A stretch of 64,000 bases of DNA from Perna viridis (taxonomy: Eukaryota), in contig CM074511.1 of assembly GCA_037379345.1 (NCBI GenBank), positions 12,834,001-12,898,000 of the forward strand, given 5' to 3'. The first letter of the stretch is position 1. Every line of letters starts with the position of its first letter. Below, in pieces: positions 36,918 through 50,493 of the stretch. The notes below the pieces were generated by a model, which was not told the origin of the DNA, did not search any database, and was given only the letters and a program-made list of their open reading frames with translations. Made by a program: the position numbers and the translations under genes.

Positions 36918-38304
36918 GGAAAACCATATGGGGTTTAAACAAACACTTAAAATGCATATATAAAAAAAGGTATATTTTCATCTAAATATATGATATAGCA
37001 ATGTATACTTTTGTTTATGTAACTATGATATAGTCAGAACAAATAAACTTAAGAATCTTTTCAAGAGCTTTTGGAATAGAATCACAAAATTACAGATTAC
37101 TAAATGGTACATATTTTGGAATAGGTCACTTTTGATTTTTCATCCCATTTTGACGTGAATATATATTGACTTGAGAGTTATGTAAGATTTCTATGTCAGA
37201 ACATCCTATTGATGCCAGTCTTGTTTGTGTTAATTGTTTAGAATCCTTACTAAAAGCAAGATAAGTCCTTGTGTTGAATTTTCTGACTGATTATTGTTTT
37301 TAGAAGCTCAACATAAAAGGGAGGTATCAGTTTGTTCTTCAGGATAAAATAATTCAGATAATTAGCTAAATAATGTCAGTCCAGAACTTTATATTTTGCT
37401 GAGACTTTCCATTAACTTTCATTACTTTTTTTTCTGTCATAAAAAAACACACCGTGACTATATACATGACAAAATAGCCACAAGGCATTTTTTTTTTGGC
37501 TTAAAGTTTATAGACTGCTGGCTCAAATTTCTGCTCATTATTTTAATTTTTATCTTTAATCTGTAAGGGAAAGGTAATCCAAATTACCTCAGTCTACAAA
37601 TTTTGACAAGTTTCTTTGATCCTTTCTACTTTATGAGCCATCAGGGTGGATCTAGGATGTCAGGGAAGTTTTGATTGATTATTATGGTTTAACATCCTAT
37701 GGCAGATATTTCATGCATTTCAGGATGAGTATGAATTGCCAATCGAACTATCCTGCTTTGTACTAGTATAAAAGGCTAAGCTATATTTTTATTGAGCAAA
37801 ATGCTATGTATACAAAAGTTTATTTCCAATTTTTTGGGGTGTGTGGTTGGTTCTCCCCTCTTAAACAGCTCTTGCCATAATTTGCAAAATCATCAGCTAG
37901 TAGAAAATATTTCAGTATTATCATAGACTCTAACATTATGATCTGCTAAAAAGACCTTGCAAATACAAAAAAAAATATAAAAATTAGTATGGATAATTAT
38001 TGTTCATTTTTGTTAGTATCAAGGAAGAAAATGATGTAATTATCACATTATTTTTAGGAACTTGTTATTGGGTTCAGTTGACTCATTTGGACAAATTTGT
38101 GCTGGTAAAGACAATTAGGTTCTCACTTAAACCAGAAAACCTTCAAGCTGGCTGTTTTTAGAATCAAAGCCTACCAAAGTTAAGTGTTTTGACTTAACTG
38201 CACTAATTTATACCCCACTAGAACACATGAAGTTGCTTTTTTTACTTCCCCGAATGTATATTGTGACCATGCTATCTCTCAGTCTGTCTGTCCATCCCCA
38301 TTGC

Positions 38305-38460
38305 CCAGGTTCATAAAAAAATCTCAAACTGAGATTTTTCAAAAATCTTTTAGTTTGTCCTCAAATCTTCAATTTCACGTTATTTTATTGGTCAATATCT
38401 TAGTTGAGGAAGGTTTTGAGGAAATCTCTATTTGAGATTTTGTATGAAACCAGACCCAGG
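38305..38460. mobile_element. Fold-back MITE
   Basis: ttcataaaaaaatctcaaactgagattt / aaatctctatttgagattttgtatgaa inverted arms. Confidence 0.55.
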
Positions 38461-41400
38461 TTCTATCCACAAATCTTCAAAAAACCCTGAATGGAATTTA
38501 ATGAAACTTTCAAAAGTTCTTAATTCCATGATGTTATAATGTATCTACTATTATATTTTTCCATTAATGACTTTTTAGGTTTCTTATATAGTTTCTTATG
38601 AGGAGAGTGTGGGGTATCACCTTGTTTTTATCACTATTTTTTCTAGTTTATATTTCAACACATATCACTCCCTATTAGTTAATGGATTTCTAAAGAGAAT
38701 CTTTACAATCCTAATGGGTAGTCTTTCAATCTAATCACTCCTGGTTTAAAATTTTCTTTGTTTACTGAAATTAGATTTTGCAAATTAGAGTAAGTAATAA
38801 TCAACATCTAAATTTGAAAGGAAAAAGCTATATTAATTTTGAGGAACTTCAAAACAGACTTCATTCTGATTATTTTCAAGAAAATACTAATTACAGTAGA
38901 AATCTCTTTTATCTTTACTAACCTTCAGAACTTCAATAAAATAATGAATTATAGACAGGGTTTAGGAACAGAGTCAGAATGAGAAATTAACAAATTTTAC
39001 TTGGAACAACAAAACATATCATAATATACAGGATACATGGACTACTCAGATGTCTTGATTCCATGGTTGGATTACACATGTTTCATTACCTGTATACATT
39101 ATTTCCCTTAGAAAAATCTCAGGTGTTGGAAAAACTCATTTGTGGAGAATGCCATCAAAGCAATTTTTCCTATATCAAATCCCTTCTTGGGTTTGATTTT
39201 TTCTGGTGTAAAATTATGTATACAAGTCATATCCAGTTTTTGTAGACTGACAGGTTTCCATGGTGATGTTTTTTTTTCCAATTTTCTTTTTAATGTTGTT
39301 GATAACAAAGATCATTCTGTCTGTCTAGAATAACAAACTCATTATATTTGTGTCACATCCTGTTGCTTTTCTAAATAAGATATGATTTTATTCATGATGA
39401 GAATTTATTGGTGTTTTTGTACTAGAGTGCTATGAGGTATAACTTGATACTAGTATGTATGATTATTGTGTATCTAATTTTGATTGGTTTAGCTAGTTGA
39501 ACTAGGCATACACAGGAAAAACTTGCAACTTATGTTTTCATATGTTTCAAAACATACAGAAACATATGTTTAGGCATGGTATAGAAATATATTTATTTTT
39601 GCCCTTAAAACTTGTGAACTGAATATTTTATCCCAATTAAAACATGACTTTAATGGCTGAAATCATCTTGGAAACATTTGTTATCCTATTGATATTTTAA
39701 AAAAGTATCAGATATTTATATTTTATTGGAAACATTTGCTTTTCATATGTTTTTTATGGTGGTCCTAAACATTCCTGTGTATTTTGAAACAAAATTTGAT
39801 GACTGTTGTAATTTCTGTAATTTGAAGTTCACATACTATAACTACTTATAACAAAATAAATCCAAGGTCGACCAAATGGGGCAAAGTATGGGATGCTTAT
39901 AGCATGTATCTATGTTCCCTACATATACTATCAGCTGGATACTAGCCCTTCAACTCAGGGAAACAATGATCCATCATCATGAAATTTCTTAAAGAATAAA
40001 TGTATAGTAACAATGTATATTGAAAAACTGTTTCATAACACAGGAAGTAGAGAGCTGATCCAGTCAAAAAGTGTATGTATGGTACAATTTACCACAAGAG
40101 AGCTACATACCAAACATTGACTGATTCCTCTTCTAGAAACCCAAGATAAGAGCAATCAAATTAGCTTGCTGTACATTCTTATGAGGAATTGTTAATGTCC
40201 TTGATGCCTATAATGCAAGAGCTTAATAATTCAAGCTATTACTATTATTCTGCATCAGAATAACACGTTTACTAAGGACTACTGTTGTGGAGACCCCTTT
40301 TCAGTTCTGTTAGATTAATATGTCTTGTTAAACCCCTCTGGCCTCTGTGTCCAGACTTGTAAACACAAATGATAAGTTCAGAGGTTGAATCAGTTAAGTC
40401 AAATCCATGAAAAAAAATGACACAATAGCTTAAATTACTCTTTTAAAATACCAGTTCCATTGTACATAATATCATGACCAATAAATAGGGAAAAATTGTT
40501 TTAACCTTGGAAATCTCAGAAGGTTTGATGTATGGTATATATTCACCATATTAGAACAAATCAGGAATTATCATGTAGTTACAAATATTCTCAATTATGA
40601 TGTCATTGATCACAGACATCTAGTAGATAAATTTGAGTTAATAATTTTATTTGAGAGACTTGTTACAAGCCACTTAGGTGATCTGGCACTAATTACATCT
40701 CCTCGCTGCTTGAAATATATCATGACACAAATTATATTTTGTTGAAATAAAAAGTACTGGTATTTTGTCTTGTCCAATGTTTGTTTCTACTTTCTGCCTG
40801 TTGCAGAATAATCTTTCTACTCATACATTATATGCTTGGTCTACATTGCTGATTGGTTGTTTTAAGTACTGATGCAAAATTGAAAATTCAATATATGTCT
40901 ATACAGATTTATGTTTATAAGGCTACAAAAGAACATGCACTAGTGAAGAAAATACAGATTGTCAATGACAATGATTTCATGGTGTTATGAATAATTTGGC
41001 TTTTGTGACATCATGCAAGGAGAGTTGCCTAGGGGTATAAACAAATTATTTGAAGAATAAAAGAAGCAGAATCATACTCTAGGACCACATGATTATCATA
41101 TTTCTAAAAATTTAACATTGAAATTTCTCAGTATAGTCATCATATTCCAAAAATTCTGATTGTTTATAATTTGCAGAGTATGATTCTAAATATGAATACA
41201 TGCCATAATCATTGATTTTAAAGTTTTTGCCAGGCATATAACTTTATCTTCAATTTCCTGTGAAATGATTCAAAAGTTTGTTGGCTAATAGTTGTAGTCT
41301 ACTATATGTTGAGGAAACTGAGCTTGTCAATACACCAGATGTAACCTGGCCCACTATCTAGAATAACTAAAATCTCACATAACTGACTTCTTATTAGTAA

Positions 41401-41529
41401 GTGAAAGTAGTTGATATTCACTTTGTCCTCTAAATTTATTAGATTGGTGTCTTATTTAGAAATAAAATATTGTGGTTTATGGGAAGATTTATGCCAAAAA
41501 GTTAATGTTACATGTAATTCCACAGAAAT

Positions 41530-41690
41530 CAGGCCCCGGCACCACAAAAGTTTAAAAAAAAAAACTTAAGTCTGAGAATATTCTTAATTTTCATGGTAAC
41601 TCCAATCAAAGTTTTTGAAATTATTGATGTCACAGTTAAGAATTTTCTCAGACTTAAGTAATTTTTTAATTTCTGTGGTGCTGGAGCCTG
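41530..41690. mobile_element. Fold-back MITE (Harbinger/Tourist-like ends)
   Basis: CAGGCCCCGGCACCACA..ACTTAAGTCTGAGAA / TTCTCAGACTTAAGT..TGTGGTGCTGGAGCCTG. Confidence 0.75.
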
Positions 41691-42066
41691 ATGACTTGAC
41701 ATGTACTCAACTGGGTATTGGTTAGTTGGGTTAGAAAGCAATTTAGTTGGGCTTATTTTGTTTGCGTTTTCATTGAATTCAAAAGCGAAATGTGTGAAAT
41801 GGAAGCACTTAAGTAATTGTCTGTCCTATTGTATGTAAAACAGCAATTATAACATGAATTATTTATTGAATGGTCATGAAGGGAACAGTTACTTAGCAAT
41901 GGGATTAAAAGAAGACAAAGTTATAAACCTGAAAGTAAAAAAATGTTTTTTTGTACTAGTATTTAAATTAATTTTTACAAGAAAGTTCTCTCTCATATAA
42001 ATTACAATATGCAAAAATAACCTGCCTTATACATGTGACATTCTAGAAGGATATTGGTATATTATA

Positions 42067-42981
42067 TTAGATCTTAGTATTAATGTTTGTCAATTCATCC
42101 TTTGAAAAAAAGGAAATGTCACCTGATTCACTGAACCTTGCAAAGTACTTTTTTGATCTGCCAGGAATCTTTAGAAACTGTTTTCCAACCTTTTTCTTCT
42201 TCTTTGGTGTGTTGGGTACAGGTTTATGATAGTCTTTTAATCCATTTGTCTGAAGTGCAAGTTGAGTTGAAGCATTTACCAGAATCTGCTCTGATAAATG
42301 TGTTATATATTCCGCAGATAGTTTTGAAAGATTTGGTGTAAGTGTCAGGTCTTTGAATTTTGTATCAGCCACCTTATTGTTTTTCCAACGATTTTCTACA
42401 GCACTTTTGTTTATACATGGTGAACTCTCTACAAATATTTCATCTTGCATTTTATCTTCTTTGTGAATTGTGGCAGTTGTGGTAGCAGACGAATACTTGC
42501 TGCCAATTTCGGCGGTAAACCATTCACATTCATCATCTGTAGATAGATCACCACCATTAATTTGATTTATGTCAAGGTCACTCCAAACTTGTTTCCTATG
42601 TCCAGACTTTTTCTTAATCAGTAACGGCTCACTTTTGCACTTTGATGAATATGAGTCTAAACTGTCTATGTCATTTTCAAAACTTTCCTCCAGGATTTCA
42701 TCCCTACTTGAGCACACAGAAGCAGACAAACAGCTATCCTCATCATTTTTCTCAATTTGAAGAGTTGAGCCATCTGTTGAAAGACGTACAGTTATCATCT
42801 CCTGGCGATGCCCATAATTATATGTTTTAGTTGTTGTAGAAAATATATTGAACTCTGCCTCTTCCTTTTGAAATCCTTTGTTTAGTAATGAGATATCAGA
42901 GAATTTATTCTTATTCTTGTAAAATTTCCCTGGAAAAATTCTAAATTTTGATGAAGAATGTCTTCCAGGTCTACATCCCAT
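42067..42981 (-). CDS. Intronless nested gene, 304 aa from the MGC start; putative lipid-anchored AKAP-like scaffold
   Basis: Long non-repetitive ORF in very AT-rich DNA; second ATG has strong context (ATCATGG); MGC N-terminus; helix AEYITHLSEQILVNASTQL; minus-strand AATAAA at 41867-41862. Confidence refers to it being a gene; the function is inferred. Confidence 0.8.
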   Translation of the reverse strand: MGCRPGRHSSSKFRIFPGKFYKNKNKFSDISLLNKGFQKEEAEFNIFSTTTKTYNYGHRQEMITVRLSTDGSTLQIEKNDEDSCLSASVCSSRDEILEESFENDIDSLDSYSSKCKSEPLLIKKKSGHRKQVWSDLDINQINGGDLSTDDECEWFTAEIGSKYSSATTTATIHKEDKMQDEIFVESSPCINKSAVENRWKNNKVADTKFKDLTLTPNLSKLSAEYITHLSEQILVNASTQLALQTNGLKDYHKPVPNTPKKKKKVGKQFLKIPGRSKKYFARFSESGDISFFSKDELTNINTKI

Positions 42982-45675
42982 GATTATCATTAAATTTCAC
43001 TTTTAAAATTAATTGTTGCTGATGTCAAATGTATAAAATCACCTCTTCATTCTTTGCTGTTGCAATATAATAAACATTGCATTCCACTGACTTCTGCATC
43101 AAAATGTAGATTAATACTCCGTGAAATAAACATTAGAGCATTTAACATAACTCATAATGTGATCAAAGTTATTAACTGATGGCTTGGTGTATAATCCATG
43201 TTTCCTATGTTCCGAAGATGCTATTTTACCAATCTAGATAGATACGATGCTATTGATTTGTGATTGGTCGAACCTAAGATGGTCATTAAGTATTGTTTCG
43301 GTATAACTCCTATTATAACTATTGCCTGATAACATTTACAACCATTTGTTATCAAATTGTAAAACTGATCATTAGCATGCCAATTTCTGTTCGCTAGCTT
43401 TGTCTACTTGAGGTTGACAAAAACATTGATTGAATTTATGTCCCCCATGATTTCTCAGCTGATAGAAATATTGGACTTTTACGGAATAAAAACGTCAGTG
43501 TGAGAACAATATTGAAACTTTATAGCATCTCAGCAGTATTTTTTTTCTTCTAAAAATTTACAGAACCATGATAGACATTTTGTTTGCATTCGTCTTGTGT
43601 AGGACATCATTGTTTACTCTTTGCAAATACCAACATTGTTTGAAATATTGGTATGAAGTCTTGTTAATCCAATGTTAAAAAGTTAATGATTATATTGCTC
43701 GCTTGCAAATTGCACAACACACACAACCAACATGAATGATTTGAATTCTCCAATATTCTCTCAGTAGATTTGTATTGAAAACTATTATTATACCAGTGAC
43801 ATTAAGCTGTAGACTATATCGCTCTTTGTAATGTATATTGATTGGGTTTTATCATTTTCTGCTAATTACTCCGTAATTTAAAATGAAATGTCACCAATAA
43901 AGCCATTGAATCCTCTGGTAAAAGTTTTTCTCAAATAGTTAGCATGATATTTGATTATCTGTCTTGTCCGATGATCTTTGATTTTTAATGTTGATAGTTT
44001 AATGGTAGCTGTAGTACTCATTTCTTTCATTCCATGTCAACAATACATTACAGTAACATTTAAAATATTCTGAGGTATAGTTTATAGCATGTAGTGCTGA
44101 TTTTGGGTGCTTTGTTTTACAGTTATGGGTTTTAGCTTTGACTTTTTAATACCTCAGAATTATTAGGACATAAAATCAGTGCTTTGTGTAACAATTGCTA
44201 AATCTATGGTTTATTTTCAAACAGTTAAAACTGTTAGTGTGTTGTCAGCATGTTTTAATTTGGTGTGGTTCAGCAGTATTTTTGAATATTCAAACCACTT
44301 TTTTTTGGTTGAAGCTAAAAACTATTTGTGAGGATGAGGTTGTAGAATGTGTCATCACAGTTTGCCTAATTGTACGAAGTCATCCTATACATTAAGCCCA
44401 TTATGAGCCAAGCATGACATTAATGTTGCCTTTAAATGATATGTTTTATACTTATATTAATCTCTGAGAATTCAACTTGTTAAGTTTCCTATTTTTGAAA
44501 GCCACAACATTAGAAACATTAATGGTATGTCTCTGAATAATAATTTCTCTGCAATCTGTTACTTATTAATTTTAGCATTTTCAATATTTTTTCTGTTAAG
44601 TTTGGTACAAGTAAGTTGGCATTTGTTTTGTCAATTCCATGATAGCTAGACATTTTCATCACCAATTACTTTCATTTGATATTGTGTTAAATTATTACAG
44701 TGCATATGACATTTCCTCTTTCTATACAGTTCTTTGTTACAAGTATTGATTAAATGTAGTCACCTTTCTCTGGAAGAAAAAACAATAAATAGAACCAAAA
44801 TGTCATCAATGAAAAAATACAGAATACCATCAATTAGAATCGGCAGAATATTAAGTCTGTTTTTTTCCACTTATGACAGCCACACTGTTGAAGAACTATG
44901 GAAATGAAATGTGGATAATGAAAAATTTGAGAATCAAATGAGAACATTTACATTTAGGTTGGACTGTTACGTGACTAAATAATGGAAATAATGTCAATTG
45001 GTTGACATTAATACTGTCAATTCCTTACTGTGTTATTCACTTTGTAGTGTTGGTTTTTCCTAAGGTGTAAGGAAGGAACATGGAGACATGGTAGTTGTGG
45101 AATTGAATCATTGAAAGCAGTGTACAATCTTAAAACATGGTTAAATTCAATAAATTATGTTATCCTTGGAGTGTGAAAAATGTGAAAATAAGCCAGTTTC
45201 TTATATTTTTAATTTATTCTGAATGAAAATTGTGTTGATCATACAAAGTGTGACAACCAAAAATTTCATAAAAAATAAAAAGTTTTAACAGTATATTCAT
45301 TCCAATCATTAATCAAAGCCCTCTGGTGTTTCTGGTTGGATGGTCTATAGATTTTTTTGTTGTTGAAAACTTTCAAACTAAAGAGCTTATTTTACCCCTA
45401 AAAGTCTATTTTTGGTTTGATTTTGCTAAAGAGAAGATTGACAAATGTTAAATTAAAAAAAACAAAAAACTCTACTCCAAAATTACAAGAGAAGTTGTGT
45501 TCAAAATCAGAATTGATTTGGATTTTTTTATTTTTATAGTGCAAAATTAAAAAAAAAAATTTCCAATCTTTTCTATAGTTACCATCTGGAAGCTACCTTA
45601 GAATGGACAGACTAATAGATGTACACTCATTCGTTAATAGAAATTGAACACATCACATAAATCCTTCCTACTGCA

Positions 45676-45846
45676 TGTATAAACAATAGAGCACACCCTA
45701 TTTAATTACATGCCATTAGATGTATAAATAAAAAAGAATATAGCACACCCCATTGAATCACTTGCCACTTGGTGTATAAATGTATAAAGAATACAGCACA
45801 CCCTATTTAATTACTTGCCACTTCAAGTATAAACAATAGGACACAG
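45676..45846. repeat. Degenerate tandem repeat, ~52 bp x 3
   Basis: agcacaccctatttaattac.tgcca..gtataaa units. Confidence 0.7.
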
Positions 45847-46492
45847 CCATTGAAAACAAAGAAAATGTGCATGTAGATGATTTGATTTTTATCAACTTGA
45901 CACTTCCTCATGGTTTATAAGTACAAATCTGATCTCAATAATTCTGCACTAATAAGTTTATTATCTTAAACTATAGGCAACATGGGATGTTATTTTCTAG
46001 GTTAGTGGTACAAATCTTCCTTTTACATGGTTCAGCTGTACCATCCTCACATTTGATTAATGTAATAATAAATTAAAGGATTTTTTTCAACTACCCACAA
46101 ATCTGACCTCTAAAGGTAAAATGTTTTTTCATTAAAAAAGATCTATAAATAAGAAACACATCATTTGTAGAAATGTAGAAATGGAATAGATCAAAATTCA
46201 ACAATCTCTGTATTATTTGTTGTGGAATGTAATTTGTTGTCCTTGCAGATGCCCTTATTCTGCTACATCAATTCATTTTTATTCCATGTCACACAAAGTG
46301 GCATTTTCCCAGAAAATTTTTTCCCGTGTGAATTAGTTATCTTTCTTGGAATATGAATAAGTGATTTTGTGATTTTTTTTCTCGATTAATTTGAGTTATC
46401 TTTCTTGAATTGCAGAAAACCCATTTAAAGGACATTGGATGGTTAGGCCCCCTGCATGACTGAAAATAAGAAATTTGGTTTGGAGAAGTTTT

Positions 46493-47480
46493 TTTAGCTC
46501 ACCTGGCCGTAGCTATTGCCTCACTTGGCATCCGTCGTCGTCATTAACAATTTTTCAAACTACTGAATATATTTGCATGAAACTTATTATGATTGTTCCT
46601 TAGAGTGACCATTTGGATTTTTGATCGGTTAAAAAACATGGCCCTGTTACTAAAAATAGAACATGGCAGACAGCAGATTTTTGCATATATCTCAAAAACT
46701 GTTAAGTTTAGCCAAATTCTGACTTGGGTAAAAGTATTCATCATGATGAGATATATCTGTGGTCAAATTTTGGTGAAAATTTGTTGACCCATGATGGAGT
46801 AATTGTCCTTTTTGGACATGTTTTTACTGTTTTTGATGTTATTACTTTCAAAAATCTTCTCCTCAGAAACTACAGTACAGAATTCAATGAAAGTTGGCAT
46901 TTTTGTTATTTAGGGTATCCTTAACAAAATGACAGTTTGGATTTTTGATTGGTTAAAAAACATTGCCGCCTTTACTAAGAATAGAACATAGGAGTCGTAC
47001 AGTAGTTTTTTGGATATATTTCTAAAACTGTTAGGTTTGGCTAATATCTTTCAATTGCTGAAGTATCCTTAATATAAGGCCTAATATAAGTCTTGGGGAT
47101 CAAAGTTGTCAGACAACTCCATGTAAGGGTTATTGCCCTTGAGAGGTGAAAAATGACATTTTTTAAACAGTTTTCAGCCTATATCTTTAAAACTATGATA
47201 GATAGAATGAAACTATCAATTGCTGAAATGATTCTTTTTATAAGGCCTACAAAAGTCTCCTGGGATCAAATTTGTCAGACGACTCCAACTCCATATAAGA
47301 GTTATTGCCCTTGAAAGGGGAAAAATGACAGGGTTTTTTTTTTTTTACAGTTTTCAGCCAATATCTTGAAAAGTGTGATAGATAGAAATAAACTTTCAAT
47401 TGCTGATATGATTCTTATGATAAGTCCTATCAAAGTTTTCTTCAGTCAAAATTGTTGGACAACTTCTTGTTTAATTTATT
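46493..47480 (+). mobile_element. Second copy of the HINE-like element, 3'-truncated
   Basis: Same 5' end (ttagctcacctggcc..cacttggcatccgtcgtcg) and internal units as 35175-36161. Confidence 0.85.
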
Positions 47481-48717
47481 AGGATAGGGGATGTATTTAG
47501 AATTAAAATTGAGTGAAGCAAGGCTGGACATTTTTCTTTGGGGGGGGGGGGGAGTGGGGAGAATTTGTGAAAAAAAAACAAGATTTCATGCCTACCCCCC
47601 AAAAAAAAAAATTCCCCAATTTTAAATCAGGCATATGCCTGGCACGCCCATCCTTGGATTCATGTGGATGATGATGAATGAATAGAATTATATTTGTCAA
47701 TAAAGATATGGAAAGGGAGATAATTCATATCTTGAAAGCTGAGCAATATGATGAATACATGAATATTAATTATATAAGTGATAAAAAAACTTCAATATTA
47801 CAATACATGTCCTTAAAATAAACTACTGTTATTGTCTCTTACCTTTCACGAAAGCGGGGAGTATAGAATTCCGATTTCCTTCTGTCCAGCCGTCTGAAAT
47901 TGGTTTTTGAAAGTCTTCATAGAATTTCCCCAAAATTAGATAGTTGAAGATATATGAGGTAAGGAAGACACCTATGGATTTTGAGATCTGTAGTTTGAAG
48001 GTCAAGGTCACATAGACTTCATGAAATAGAATTATGGAGATAAAATTTTGTTTCCTGAGCGTAACTTATGAACATTTACATTGAATTTCTCCAAACTTGG
48101 ACAGTTACTCTAAGACAGTGTTATGAATTACTAGATGAAAGTGGGGGGGGGGGGGGAGGAGGGGTATGTAAATTAATGGTGGTTAACTTATATAATATTT
48201 TGTATATTTGAATATTTAATAGATTATTTATATTTTGTGTACAGTAGAAATGGTCTGGTCAAGTATTAGTGCTGCAAATATTGAACTTTTTTATTCAAAT
48301 TGACATTTTTTTTGTTTGAGTAAATTGGGATCTAAATGACAAATTTTAGTGGAAATACTAAAAGTTTTGATCTGAATGTATAGAATTCTGATTAATTATA
48401 GTAGTATTGATAATTTTAATGATGAAGGGATGCTTGTAACCTATTTGAACATGAAAATGTCAATTTTATCTATCTGTTTAATTGAGTGAGTCGTCACTTA
48501 ACTTACTATTTGGAATTTTTCCTTAGAGAAACAGCGTCCCTTAGACAAAGTTAATTCACTTTTTAGTGGAATTTGCCTTGTACCTAAAAATTTCATCCAT
48601 ACAGCACATATCTTTAATGTTATTTTAACTTTCTGATAAGCCAAAAGCACAAATCACAGCATTGAAGGCCATTGTGTATGGTAAAGAATTCCTGGTTTAT
48701 TGTCATAAAATGTTGAT

Positions 48718-48775
48718 GTCACGTGCGTTTAGCAGGACATATAAAATGGAATGCGCGTTTGATACTCTTCAGTCG
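48718..48775 (+). promoter_or_regulatory. Candidate Pol II core promoter: E-box, TATA and Inr
   Basis: GTCACGTG at 48718-48725, TATAAAA at 48740, TCAGTC Inr with A at 48771 (TATA at -31); local CpG retention; perfect donor AAG|GTAAGT at 48957. Confidence 0.6.
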
Positions 48776-50281
48776 TGATTCGACTCCTGAGAAAACATAG
48801 TATTTTCAAATTTCAAGAGGTCCTCAGGACACTCTATGTAAAGAACCATTCATTTTTGTGATGTTGCAGAAGTGTTCAACAAGGTTATTATAATAAAACT
48901 TTAATAATTGAGTTACTCTTGTAACTTTATTTAAGTAATAACTAGCTATTACAAAGGTAAGTTCATTACAATGCTACAGGATGACTTAGCTATTCTACGC
49001 GCACAAAACTATCTTTAATATTCTATAGTGACTGCCACTAAAAAGCTTTATTTATACTGAAGTTCGACTCATTGATTGATCGTAACTTACAAAAGTTGTA
49101 CAAAGAAACGAGACTCATTACCACTTATATACCAATTTTACAATATCTCATATTGCGAGTTAAAAATAAATGTACAATTGAACTAGAGCGCTTGACCAGA
49201 GCCACTTCCCGGAGTTCATGTATTGTATACAGATGTAAATTATGTTAATTCATTTTGTGTTTAATTAAATTCATCATTCTCTGCACAGTTGTTTGTTTTA
49301 TCAAAAGTTTTGCATGCACGCACTAGTATTTATTATAATCACGAAAAGCCTTTTGTTCAATATTGAAGAAGTCCCTGTTTTTCAAGCTTGAAGTGCACAT
49401 TGACTCATGCATAGGTTTATTTCTGTTAGGTTTATGTTACACCTTTATTTACAGTCCTGATTCAATATGTCAATCAACTGCCAAGTTGACCTTTCAGAAT
49501 TATATATTTGTAACATTGCTAACTTTTGGAATTTCCAAATAACCAAAGGACAGTAGGATCTATTGGATAAAGCTTTATCAGTATTTTGTCATTACTTCTT
49601 TGAATAAAGTGAATAATTAAAAGATTTATACTTTACATGTATTATTGATGCAAAAGAATTTGCTTATTGACATTAAAATAGTGTTGTAAGTTTGGTACTA
49701 GTTTTCTGGGCTTTTGTAGGTTGGTTAAACCACAATTTGATTTCCTTTGCAAATGGATCCATGAAATCTGTAGTTTATGAAACATTGAAACTTTTCAAAA
49801 CTATGATGATTGATTACTATAAGTAAAGGACTTTTATACTTATATACAGAAATTTTCTCATACTAGAGCTATTTTATTTTTTGTTCTATTTCACAAAATG
49901 CAACTATTTACAAATTACAATTATTTTCATAGTTTTTTTTTCTGTAATTAGATGAATTCAGGAAAATATTAAAACCAGTTGAATTTTTTTTTAATTGTGA
50001 AAAAAAAATTAAGTAAAGTATATCTAGATTTAACCAATATTTTCTTTTTGTACTCAGCTGTATATCAAGCTTTAGCTTTTTTTCCAAGTATCTTTGTGGA
50101 TGTCTGTATTTCATTAATTCAGACTTTTTTGTAGACATAGGTGATTAAAGATTACCATTGATCCTGTTTTACAATAAGTTAAAAACTTTAGGGAAAATAG
50201 TTGATCTTCTGTTGATTGGTTGTCATTTACCTGATGAACTGCATTAGGTAGTTTTCTGGACAGTTGACCTTGAAGTTTTAA

Positions 50282-50493
50282 GGAGGTAGACCTGGGGCCA
50301 GGGAAACTAGTATTTGTATCAGTGATATGTTTGTATCATATTCAATTTCACCAAAGCCTATCAAGCTTTCATTTGAAACAGAATGAAATTAATCCAAGTT
50401 ACTTTGATGCTTACATGAGATTGATATAAAATACTGAATACAAACGTTCCAATGATTTGTTAGAGTTATGTCCCTTACCCCAGGTCTACCTCC
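50282..50493. mobile_element. MITE with 16-bp TIR GGAGGTAGACCTGGGG, flanked by TTAA/TTAC (Kolobok-like)
   Basis: ttaa|GGAGGTAGACCTGGGG ... CCCCAGGTCTACCTCC|ttac. Confidence 0.8.

Noticed and set aside
42982-42990. First ATG (MIIM) as start of the nested gene
   Set aside because: Weak context (T at -3, A at +4) and it would mask the Gly2-Cys3 motif; the second ATG is preferred, though unproven
48745-48790. Minimal hammerhead on the minus strand (CTGAAGAG..AAAC)
   Set aside because: The GAAA core is incomplete and stems I and III cannot be formed; the segment is better explained as a plus-strand Inr
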